A program made the position numbers and the translations under genes. The notes under the pieces were generated by a model, which was given only the letters and a program-made list of their open reading frames with translations, made no database searches and was not told where the DNA came from. Positions 19,570-27,983 of a stretch of 64,000 nt of DNA are shown here, one piece after another. The stretch lies in contig CALKWM010000038.1 in assembly GCA_938004065.1 (NCBI GenBank), positions 2,466-66,465 of the forward strand, read 5' to 3'. Numbering within the stretch: the stretch's first letter is position 1; each line of letters starts with the position of its first letter. Origin of the DNA: an uncultured bacterium. GTDB taxonomy: Bacteria > Patescibacteriota > JAHJAL01.

Positions 19570-21525
19570 ATGGATTTTTTTGGAAAAAAATATGATTCCT
19601 TGCCCGGAGACGACAAGAAAAGACAAATCAAAAAAAACTGGCAGGAGATTGATAGCTGGGAAGGATATCTGTCCAGTGATGATCAAGTATTATCCAAACA
19701 ACGAGATATATCGGAAATTGTGCCAACGAGAAATTTTGGCAACTTAAATATCATATATCTGGTATGTTTTTTGCTATGTGTGATTTTGGCGGGTCGACTG
19801 TGGCAGTTGCAGATAGTACAAGGCAAGGAAAGTTTGGAAAAAGCCGAAGGCAATATACTGCATGTAGAAACGGTATATGCGCCGCGTGGGGTGATATATG
19901 ATCGTAACCGCAATATTTTGGCCGGCAATAAATCACGTTATGACTTGACTGTTATACCTGCCCACATGAGTCAAGACGTCGAGAAACGCTATGATTGTTA
20001 TCTACAAATATCACAAATATTGGGCAAAGATTCCAGTGAAATACGGGCAATTGTAGAAGAGAAAGGTATAAATAATTGGAATGAAGTAAAAGTGGTTAAG
20101 GATTTGGAACGAGAAAAAGCATTAATCCTAAAAACAAAACAATTACCCGGTTTTGAAGTAGAGAATATTTCTTCCAGAAAATATTATTGTGATGAACAAT
20201 GTGCGCATGTCTTGGGATATACCGGTCAGGTCTCAGAAAATGAATTACTTGCAGACGCTGAATACCAACCAATTGATCAGGTTGGCCGGGCCGGTTTGGA
20301 GTCGTATTATGAACGGGAACTAAAAGGCACAAATGGAGCTGAATATCGCATCGTCGATGCTTCAGGAGAAACTATCAATGTACTTACGCCCAGAGAAGGA
20401 GTGTCTGGGAACAACATTGTAACCGCTCTCGATATGGATTTACAAAAACTCGCTTTTGAAGAAATCTCCTCACAGATTGGTCGAGGCAATACAACCGGTG
20501 GATCGGTAGTGGTGTCCAACCCAAATACGGGCGAGATTATTGCCTTGGTCAGTGCGCCAGCTTATTCGTCGGAAAAAATGTCAGCCGGATTAACCGAGGA
20601 AGAATACGCAAATTTACTCAATAATGACAAATTACCATTGTTCAACCGGCCGATTACCGGTGAATACCCTCCGGGGTCGACATTCAAGATCGTATCGGCG
20701 ACCGGGATTTTGTCGGAGGGATTGGCCGACATCTATGATTATGTTAACGACCAGGGTACGATCAGGGTAGTAAATAAATATGATCCGAATATCATATACT
20801 ATTTTTATAGCTGGGACCGTTCCGGTTTAGGTTCGGTCAATATCATCGGGGCTTTGGAAAAATCTTCCGATATTTATTTCTATGTATATGGTGGTGGTTG
20901 GGAAGATATCGAAGGATTGGGAATCGAACGAATTAAAGAATACAGTGAAAGATTTATGATATCCAAGACACTGGGAATCGACATTGAGGGAGAGCGGCCC
21001 GGATTTATCCCAACACCGGAGTGGAAATACAAAACCTTCGGTGAAGACTGGTATCTGGGAGATGATTATAATACTATTATCGGCCAGGGTTCAATCCAAG
21101 CAACACCGTTGCAAGTCAATGCTTATACTGCAGCTATCGCTAATGGTGGCAAAATATATCGACCGCATATCGTAAACGAAGTCATTGATAGCACGGGCAA
21201 TGTGATTAACAGGATAAAACCGGAAATTATCAAACAAGACATTGCCTTACCGGAAGTTATTGGTATTATCAGACAAGGACTGGAGGCGGTGGTAAATACC
21301 GGTACAGCCGGTATTATGAAAAATGCTATAGTTAGTGTAGCCGGCAAAACCGGTACCGCACAGTATGAAAATAATACCAAAGAACACGCTTGGTTTACAT
21401 GTTATGCTCCGGTGGACAATCCTCAAATCGCAGTAACGGTAATGGTTGAAGGTGGCGGAGAAGGTTCCAGTGTGGCCGTACCGATTGCATTGAAATTGGT
21501 AAATGAATATTTTCGGGAAGAGTAA
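19570..21525 (+). CDS. mrdA: penicillin-binding protein 2 (peptidoglycan D,D-transpeptidase)
   Basis: N-terminal TM, dimerisation domain, transpeptidase motifs STFK (PGSTFKIVSA), SSD/SxN-like, KTGT (GKTGTAQ). Confidence 0.85.
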   Translation: MDFFGKKYDSLPGDDKKRQIKKNWQEIDSWEGYLSSDDQVLSKQRDISEIVPTRNFGNLNIIYLVCFLLCVILAGRLWQLQIVQGKESLEKAEGNILHVETVYAPRGVIYDRNRNILAGNKSRYDLTVIPAHMSQDVEKRYDCYLQISQILGKDSSEIRAIVEEKGINNWNEVKVVKDLEREKALILKTKQLPGFEVENISSRKYYCDEQCAHVLGYTGQVSENELLADAEYQPIDQVGRAGLESYYERELKGTNGAEYRIVDASGETINVLTPREGVSGNNIVTALDMDLQKLAFEEISSQIGRGNTTGGSVVVSNPNTGEIIALVSAPAYSSEKMSAGLTEEEYANLLNNDKLPLFNRPITGEYPPGSTFKIVSATGILSEGLADIYDYVNDQGTIRVVNKYDPNIIYYFYSWDRSGLGSVNIIGALEKSSDIYFYVYGGGWEDIEGLGIERIKEYSERFMISKTLGIDIEGERPGFIPTPEWKYKTFGEDWYLGDDYNTIIGQGSIQATPLQVNAYTAAIANGGKIYRPHIVNEVIDSTGNVINRIKPEIIKQDIALPEVIGIIRQGLEAVVNTGTAGIMKNAIVSVAGKTGTAQYENNTKEHAWFTCYAPVDNPQIAVTVMVEGGGEGSSVAVPIALKLVNEYFREE

Positions 21526-21528
21526 TTT

Positions 21529-21981
21529 TGTCATCCTGAACCCGAATCCGCTCAGAGCGGATATCGAGCTATTCAGGATCTTGCAACTCATCACTTAGAA
21601 ACTTGGCAATACAAATCGTTCCAAGAAGAATTATTTCTCTCTATTAGTTTGACTTTTCAGGATATATTCCAGTCTTTTTAGTATTTTTTCTTTTCCAATG
21701 GCATCGTCAATATCATCAAACATCTCAAAATAAACGAGTTGATCAATATTGTATTTGGATGCAAAACATTTTATAATCCTATTTTTATGTGCCCAAACTC
21801 TACCCTTTAAATAATTTTTGACTCCAATATACAAAATCCCTTTTGCTCTATTTGCTAGAATATAAACATAATAATCATTTTTCATAATCTGATTTTTTCA
21901 ATTTAGAGAATAATTTAATATTAAGAGATCCTGAATTGCTCGATGTGCTCATAAAAATTCGCTTTCGGGTTCAGGATGACA
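21529..21981. mobile_element. GIY-YIG cassette: hairpin element (21529-21580, TGTCATCCTGAA..ATTCAGGATC), GIY-YIG ORF, inverted hairpin element (21925-21981, GAGATCCTGAAT..GGGTTCAGGATGACA)
   Basis: Outer ends are perfect inverted repeats TGTCATCCTGAAC / GTTCAGGATGACA. Second copy with the same architecture at 26029-26466. Confidence 0.6.
21631..21885 (-). CDS. GIY-YIG nuclease superfamily protein (YhbQ/URI-like)
   Basis: YYVYILANRAKGILYIGVKNYLKGRVWAHKN matches the GIY-(10-11)-YIG pattern of small URI-domain nucleases. Confidence 0.75.
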   Translation of the reverse strand: MKNDYYVYILANRAKGILYIGVKNYLKGRVWAHKNRIIKCFASKYNIDQLVYFEMFDDIDDAIGKEKILKRLEYILKSQTNREK

Positions 21982-21995
21982 CCAAGGATTAATAC

Positions 21996-22835
21996 ATGAA
22001 AATATTGGACGGGAAAAAATTGGCGGGGGAAGTTACAGAACGACTGAAAAATGAAGTCGTTAAATTAAGACAAAACGGTATAGTGCCCAAACTAATAATA
22101 TTTCAAGTGGGGAATAATCCCGCTTCAAATGTTTATGTGCGTATGAAACAGAAAAAAGCCGAAGAGATCGGGGCGATTTGCCGGGTGGAGAAATTGGATG
22201 AATCCGCAGGAGAAGAAAAGCTGTGTGAATTGATAACAAAGTTCAATAGTGACGAAGAAGTAAAAGGGATAATTGTCCAACTTCCCCTACCCGATGGCTG
22301 GGATAAAAATCGGATAATCAACATGATTGACGAAAAAAAAGATGTGGATGGATTGACGGACGCCAATCAGATCAAAATTTTAAATGGTGATTTGTCAGGT
22401 TTGAAACCGGCCACGCCAAAAGGAATAGTTTCGATATTGGACAAATACGAGATTCCAATTGCCGGTGCCAGAGTGGTGGTGGTCGGCCGGAGCCGACTGG
22501 TTGGCAAGACCGTTGCTTTGATGCTTTTAAACCGGAACGCCACCGTTACAATATGCCACAGCAAGACAGATGATTTGAAAAGTGTTACCAGGGAAGCGGA
22601 TATCTTGATATCCGCCGTGGGAGTGCCAAAATTGATCACTGTAAAGCATGTCAAATCGGGAGCAATAGTTGTTGATGTCGGTATCAGCCAGGAAACAGAT
22701 ACCGGAATGGTCGGCGATGTGGATTTCGAGGCGGTAAAGGATGTAGCCGGCATGATCTCGCCGGTGCCGGGTGGAGTGGGCCCGATGACGGTCGTATGTT
22801 TGTTTGAAAATCTGATCGATTCGTGCCAGAATTAA
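21996..22835 (+). CDS. folD: bifunctional methylenetetrahydrofolate dehydrogenase/cyclohydrolase
   Basis: Typical FolD N-terminus MKILDGKKLAGEV, IVQLPLP motif, Rossmann GRSRLVGKTVAL. Confidence 0.9.
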   Translation: MKILDGKKLAGEVTERLKNEVVKLRQNGIVPKLIIFQVGNNPASNVYVRMKQKKAEEIGAICRVEKLDESAGEEKLCELITKFNSDEEVKGIIVQLPLPDGWDKNRIINMIDEKKDVDGLTDANQIKILNGDLSGLKPATPKGIVSILDKYEIPIAGARVVVVGRSRLVGKTVALMLLNRNATVTICHSKTDDLKSVTREADILISAVGVPKLITVKHVKSGAIVVDVGISQETDTGMVGDVDFEAVKDVAGMISPVPGGVGPMTVVCLFENLIDSCQN

Positions 22836-22881
22836 TATATTGAATATAAAAAAACATAAAAGTTTATCTTACAATCAGTCT

Positions 22882-22919
22882 CCCCAACTTTTTTTAAAAA
22901 AAGTTGGGGTATTTTTTTT
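22882..22919 (+). terminator. rho-independent terminator after folD (ccccaacttttttt aaaaaaagttgggg + T-run)
   Basis: Perfect palindrome followed by tttttttt. Confidence 0.7.
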
Positions 22920-23799
22920 GTGATAAACCAAAGAATAATGATAAATAGTGATAAATATGACTATTGACATTCACCAATTTTTTCGATACAAATAATCTAT
23001 CGAAAATTAAAAAATTCAAAAAAGAAAGGATGTGAAATATAGTGATAGAATTTACCTTCTATACACTAGAATGTTGGATCAGTTTATTCACCAGGAGATT
23101 GATCGATTTTGTGAGTGAATTGTTTAAAACAAGAAATCACAAACCGGTCAGAAAAATATCGCCGGTGAACAAAAAATACGTCGCCAGTTGGGAAAGACGG
23201 CACGAGCGACGTGATTTTAGAAAAATCGGTGGCCAAAAAAAGGATGCAAAAAGGCCATCAAAGGATAACTTTTCTCAGTTTTCAGGGAAAAAGTTATCCA
23301 ATACAAAGAAAGGAGTGTTGTCAAAATGTTTTGGTAAAATTAATTTTTCAAAACAATTGAATAACGCTACTACCACCACCATATGATATGGTGGATTTTT
23401 TTTGCTAAAAAACTACGTTTTCATAGATTATTTTATGGTTAGGATGGTATTTTATAACATTTAAACCTTGACTTTTTGATATTTTTGATTTATAATGCTG
23501 TTGTGAACGATCGTCCCCAGCAAAAAATGAGAAAAAAATAACTTACTCTTTTTTGATGGGGATAAAAAAAATTTGTCAGGAGGTGAAAAAAGTTGATTTT
23601 CGGATAATGTAATTTTTGAAATGGATTATTTTTCAAAAAACATATCCATAAGATCAACTGGAAAAAATGAAGAATTATTTTTTTGATCAAAAAAAAGATC
23701 TGCCAGGTTCAGGTGGACTTGGCTGGTAAAGGAAAAAAAAATGGAGTTTAACCACATATTAAAAAAGTTAGACTCCTTTTTTAAAAAAATTATTATCAC

Positions 23800-24633
23800 A
23801 TGATTAACAAAATATTTTTAAATCTCGGGATGACAGAGCGGGAAGCTAAAGTGTATTTAGCAATTTTGAAATTGTGCAATCCCAATATCAGCGACTTACA
23901 AAAACAGACCGGCCTTTCCAGGAGTACGGTTTATTATTGTATCGATTTATTGATTAAGAATGATATCGTTTTTTCTAAAAAGCTTAATGAGAAGACAGTT
24001 TATGAAGCTATTTCCCCTGAACAATTGAAAAAAATCGTAGAATATAAAATTACCGAGCTCAAAAAAGACATAACGATATTTGAAAAAGCTATACCGGATA
24101 TCGTTCAGTCAACAAAAAAAGGGAAAATGAATCTGAAAATGCTAAAAGGATTTAAGTCTTTGACCAATACGATGCGAGATGTGTACATCGGTCACAAAAA
24201 TTCAACCGTAAGAGTTTTTGGCACAAAACCGAAAGAGTATAATTTAAAACATTTCGACAAATCTTTTGAAAAAACCATAAATAATCGAATAACAAACAAT
24301 GTTTTTTTGAAAGGAATTAGCCCTATTACGAAAAACAAATTTCTTGTTCGAGATAAAGACTTAAAACAACTTCGCGAGTCTAGATTTTTGCCGGAAAAGA
24401 CCTTTAATTTTCAAAGTGAGATATTTATTTTCGACGACTTGGTACTGGTAATCAGTGAGGATATTGAAAATGAAGTAAATACAATTTATTTTGATGATGT
24501 AAACTATGTGAATACTATGAAAATGATATTTGATTTGGCGTGGGAAGCGGCGGGGAAATATGATAAAGAAGTGGTGGCGGAGTATGAGAAAAACATATCA
24601 AACTTATCAAATATCAAACATAGCAAACAATAA
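23800..24633 (+). CDS. TrmB-like transcriptional regulator (N-terminal wHTH, C-terminal ligand domain)
   Basis: N-terminus LGMTEREAKVYLAILKLCNPNISDLQKQTGLSRSTVYYCIDLLIKNDIV is typical of TrmB-family HTH. C-terminal codons overlap ATATCAA-type heptamer repeats. Confidence 0.55.
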   Translation: MINKIFLNLGMTEREAKVYLAILKLCNPNISDLQKQTGLSRSTVYYCIDLLIKNDIVFSKKLNEKTVYEAISPEQLKKIVEYKITELKKDITIFEKAIPDIVQSTKKGKMNLKMLKGFKSLTNTMRDVYIGHKNSTVRVFGTKPKEYNLKHFDKSFEKTINNRITNNVFLKGISPITKNKFLVRDKDLKQLRESRFLPEKTFNFQSEIFIFDDLVLVISEDIENEVNTIYFDDVNYVNTMKMIFDLAWEAAGKYDKEVVAEYEKNISNLSNIKHSKQ

Positions 24634-24646
24634 ATAAGTATAAAAA

Positions 24647-24697
24647 GATCCTGAATCGCTCGAACGCTCGATGACTCGCTTTCGGGTTCAGGATGAC
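24647..24697. repeat. hairpin element GATCCTGAATCGCTCGAACGCTCG..GGGTTCAGGATGACA
   Basis: Same family as 21925, 26415, 18871, 16113 and 44284. Confidence 0.75.
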
Positions 24698-25274
24698 AAA
24701 AAAGAAACACCTTATTTAATTTTGTAAAGGTGTTTATAGTATAATTTAGGCGGAAAATAGTTTCAAAATCCCTCACCTATTCCTAGGTTGGGTTTTTATT
24801 TTTGTGTTTGTTAGCTAATTTTTAGAAGATGATCTTACACATTTTTTTTTATATTAATTTTTGATAAGCATTTTAAAAAGGTACAAAGAATACTTGAAAA
24901 AGGATAATTTTGTTTTTGTTTTTGTTTTGGCCCTACCTTTTGAGGCGAAAATTTTTTCGTTTTTGTTCTCTTTCAAGTATTCTTGTTCATAAGGTGCATT
25001 GGGCTTAACCCAACATTTTTTGTTTTTGGATATTGGGTTTCTTTTTCCAATATCGTATTAGTGTAGCAAATCTGGAATAATAAGTCAATAGTCAGGTAAA
25101 CGAAACCTATCAAATTCCAAACATATCAAACTTATCAAACATATACATAAATTTAATTATGGTTTGTTAAGTTTGATATTTGCTAGGTTTGATATGTTTA
25201 ATACAGAGACGATTTGCAATTCACTGATTATTATTTATAATTGATATGATATTTTTATAACAAATTATTACATT

Positions 25275-25994
25275 ATGTCGAAGATGCGTTTGCAAAAATT
25301 TCTAGCGGAGAGCGGTGTCGGTTCCAGAAGGGAATGCGAGGAGCATATCTGGGAGGGACGGGTAAGGGTCAACGGACGAAAAGTGGCGGAAATGGGTGTA
25401 ATAATTGATCCGGAAGTGGATGAAGTGCGATTTAAAAATCGAATCGTGCGACTTGATGAAAAAGTATATTATGTTTTAAATAAACCGGTTGGTTATGTTT
25501 CAACCAGGAGAGATATTAACGCTCCCAAGATGGTAGTGGATTTGGTTCCCCAAAACCCGCCCGTTTACCCTGTCGGCAGGTTGGACAAGGAATCGGAAGG
25601 ATTGATTTTGATTACCAATGACGGTGAGTTGACCAATCAATTAACCCATCCTTCCAGTCATGTGGAAAAGGAATATATGGTTGTGTGCCGGCCTCGATTT
25701 GATGATTTGAGATTGATGGAAGCGGTCAAAAAGTTGCAAAAAGGAGTGTTAATTGACGGATATCTGACACGTGAGGCCAAAGTGTTTGCGGTCAGTGAAG
25801 ATCGGAGTAAAGTAAAGTTCAATATCATCATCAAAGAGGGTAAAAATCGGCAGATTCGCCGGATGTGCCACAATGTCGGATTGAAGGTTATATCGCTCAA
25901 AAGAATCAGAATAGGCAGGTTAAAATTGGGAGGGTTGAAGAAGGGAGAATACAAAGTGTTAGATATCAATAATATTAAGAAACTATTATACTAA
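25275..25994 (+). CDS. rluB: RluB/RsuA-family 23S/16S rRNA pseudouridine synthase (S4 domain + catalytic domain)
   Basis: S4 domain (MRLQKFLAESGVGSRRECEEHI), catalytic motif GRLDKESEGLILITNDG. Confidence 0.8.
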   Translation: MSKMRLQKFLAESGVGSRRECEEHIWEGRVRVNGRKVAEMGVIIDPEVDEVRFKNRIVRLDEKVYYVLNKPVGYVSTRRDINAPKMVVDLVPQNPPVYPVGRLDKESEGLILITNDGELTNQLTHPSSHVEKEYMVVCRPRFDDLRLMEAVKKLQKGVLIDGYLTREAKVFAVSEDRSKVKFNIIIKEGKNRQIRRMCHNVGLKVISLKRIRIGRLKLGGLKKGEYKVLDINNIKKLLY

Positions 25995-26028
25995 CAATGT
26001 CAAATTGCGAGTAAATTTGTCATCCTGA

Positions 26029-26466
26029 ACCCGAAAGGTCCGTCTTCGGACCGCTTCGAGTGATTCAGGATCCCTCCAATTACCAGAATTGAATATCATT
26101 ATACAAATCATTCCAATTCGGATTTTCTTTTTCTATCAATTTTATTTTCCAACTTCTTTTCCAATCTTTTAACTTTTTTTCTCTGTATATTGCTTCATTG
26201 ATATCCTCAAATATTTCATAGTACACTATTTTATCAATATTATATTTTGATGTGAATCCTCTGATGATTTTGTTCTTATGTTCCCATACTCGACCCTTTA
26301 AAACACTTGTAACGCCAATATACAAACTAGCTCGTTTTTTGTTTGTTAAAATGTAGACATAATAAATATTTTTCATAATTATATTATCTAACTTAGTAAT
26401 TAAATATATATTAAGAGATCCTGAATTGCTTGAAGCGCCCTTCGGGCTTTCAGGTTCAGGATGACA
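26029..26466. mobile_element. second GIY-YIG cassette: hairpin element (26029-26085), GIY-YIG ORF, inverted hairpin element (26415-26466)
   Basis: Same architecture and flanks (..atattaagagatcctgaattgct..) as 21529-21981. An extra solo right end ..GCAAGTTCAGGATGACA at 26518-26534. Confidence 0.6.
26080..26376 (-). CDS. GIY-YIG nuclease superfamily protein (paralog of 21631-21885)
   Basis: YYVYILTNKKRASLYIGVTSVLKGRVWEHKN. Confidence 0.75.
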   Translation of the reverse strand: MKNIYYVYILTNKKRASLYIGVTSVLKGRVWEHKNKIIRGFTSKYNIDKIVYYEIFEDINEAIYREKKLKDWKRSWKIKLIEKENPNWNDLYNDIQFW

Positions 26467-26565
26467 CTTTTTCTTTAATTTTGATCAAATTTGATAATTT
26501 CCGCCCATGGTGGCTTGCAAGTTCAGGATGACATAATTAGTTTGACATTTGCTAAGTATAATTAA

Positions 26566-27519
26566 ATGAAAATAGACATTATTACCCTATTTCCCGAGAT
26601 GTTTGCTGGTGTATTTGAGGCCAGTATTATCGGACGTGCCAGGGAAAAGGGCTTGATAGAGATAAATTTGCATAATCTCAGGGACTGGGCAGTCGATAAA
26701 CACAAAACCGTTGATGACACGCCTTATGGCGGAGGCGCGGGGATGGTGATCAAGGTGGAGGTGATGGACCGATGCCTGACAGACATAATTCAAAAATCAA
26801 AAATCAAAAATCAAAAAGGACAGGTTACAAACCTGTCCCTACAACGGATATTAATGACACCGCAGGGAAGGACATTTGATCAGAAAAAGGCGAGGGAGAT
26901 GGCGAAATTGGACCAAATCGTTTTGATCTGCGGGCATTACGAAGGATTTGATCAAAGAATTCATGAAAATTTGGTGGACGAGGAATTATCGATCGGAGAT
27001 TTTGTCCTGACCGGTGGAGAGATTCCGGCGATGGCGGTAGTAGATGCGGTAGCTCGACTGGTGCCGGGGGTGATCAAAGAAGAGTCACATATGAATGAGA
27101 GTTTTTCGGTGGTACCTGATAACCACCCCGCCACGCCTCATCGGCGGGAGCCCCTCCTTGAAAAGGAGGGGTGTAAAAAGAAGGAGAAAAGTGATGGATC
27201 CCCCCACCACACCGCCACGCCTTCGCTCATAAAAAGGGAGCTTCGGCGAGCTGCTCCTACTCGAACAGGGGGGAACTACCACCACCCCGAATCGGTCTGC
27301 GACCTTTCTACCCTTCCACTGGTCCACCCCAAAAATTGTTTCACAATTTCTGGGGACCCCGGGGCAGGAGGGGAATATAGACAAGATTTGTATCTAGAAT
27401 ATCCGCATTATACAAAACCGGCGGAATACAAAGGGTGGAAAGTGCCGGAGGTGCTAATGTCCGGCAATCACGCCGAGATTGAAAAATGGAGACAAAAAAA
27501 TATCAAAAAGAAGCCATGA
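26566..27519 (+). CDS. trmD: tRNA (guanine37-N1)-methyltransferase TrmD with two in-frame repeat insertions
   Basis: MKIDIITLFPEMF, GGGAGMV, LICGHYEGFDQR, LTGGEIPAMAVVDAV, SGNHAEIEKWR motifs. 317 aa against ~230-250 expected. Insertions at 26790-26850 and ~27115-27375. Confidence 0.85.
   Translation: MKIDIITLFPEMFAGVFEASIIGRAREKGLIEINLHNLRDWAVDKHKTVDDTPYGGGAGMVIKVEVMDRCLTDIIQKSKIKNQKGQVTNLSLQRILMTPQGRTFDQKKAREMAKLDQIVLICGHYEGFDQRIHENLVDEELSIGDFVLTGGEIPAMAVVDAVARLVPGVIKEESHMNESFSVVPDNHPATPHRREPLLEKEGCKKKEKSDGSPHHTATPSLIKRELRRAAPTRTGGNYHHPESVCDLSTLPLVHPKNCFTISGDPGAGGEYRQDLYLEYPHYTKPAEYKGWKVPEVLMSGNHAEIEKWRQKNIKKKP
26790..26850. repeat. in-frame insertion 1 in trmD: (AAAATCA)x3 heptamers + REP palindrome GGACAGGTTACAAACCTGTCCCTAC
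   Basis: Palindrome family also found intergenically at 6895, 42166 and 43118. Confidence 0.7.
27115..27375. repeat. in-frame GC-rich insertion 2 in trmD (CACCCCGCCACGCC..GCCCCTCCTTGAAAAGGAGGGG.. and further GC-rich palindromic units)
   Basis: Strong local GC shift inside a low-GC gene. First unit homologous to the intergenic element at 18003-18062. Sits between conserved ...EESFS and LEYPHYTKP... segments of TrmD. Confidence 0.65.
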
Positions 27520-27542
27520 AAAAAATTGGCTTCTTTTTTTGC
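27508..27542. terminator. bidirectional hairpin terminator between trmD and the convergent gene (aagaagccatgaaaaaaattggcttcttttttt)
   Basis: Stem gaagcca/tggcttc with flanking A/T runs. Confidence 0.5.
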
Positions 27543-27983
27543 TTATAGTTTTTGTTTGATGCGATCTGTCCAGGCGGTGAAATCGTCGGGAGCAACGGCA
27601 TAATAATAATCCCCCCTGTTATTTTGTCTGACTTCAACCTGAAAATTTATGGGAACTTCTTGTTCAATCAAATCCAAGATTTTTTGTGAAAATCTCCGGA
27701 AATGAGATCGAAAATCTTTTTTGACCATGATCTCAAATTCCTCATCGCCTCGATCATTGGTAACCGTCGCATAGAGGTGAATTTGGGCGGGCTGTGAAAA
27801 ACCACCCAATCCATGTCCCAAGTTTTTGAAACTTCGATTTGATTTTTGTCCTTTTTTTGTACCTTGGACTAAATTGAAGTTTCCTTTTACGACTTTTATG
27901 CCTAGTAGTTTAGCCGGTAATATTTTTGCCAAGTGTATCATCCTTTCTTTTTTCTGGGCTGGTGCGGGATCCACGGACCCCAT
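27543..27983 (-). CDS. hypothetical protein
   Basis: 146-aa ORF. Likely start at the internal Met (MIHLAKI...). No recognised motif. Confidence 0.3.
   Translation of the reverse strand: MGSVDPAPAQKKERMIHLAKILPAKLLGIKVVKGNFNLVQGTKKGQKSNRSFKNLGHGLGGFSQPAQIHLYATVTNDRGDEEFEIMVKKDFRSHFRRFSQKILDLIEQEVPINFQVEVRQNNRGDYYYAVAPDDFTAWTDRIKQKL

Noticed and set aside
23042-23386. 114-aa lysine-rich ORF as a real gene
   Set aside because: Low-complexity composition in an AT-rich intergenic region, with no SD or motifs. Likely spurious.
27085-27384. 99-aa minus-strand ORF rich in Arg/Gly/Pro inside trmD
   Set aside because: Artefact of the GC-rich palindromic insertion, lying antisense to a conserved gene.
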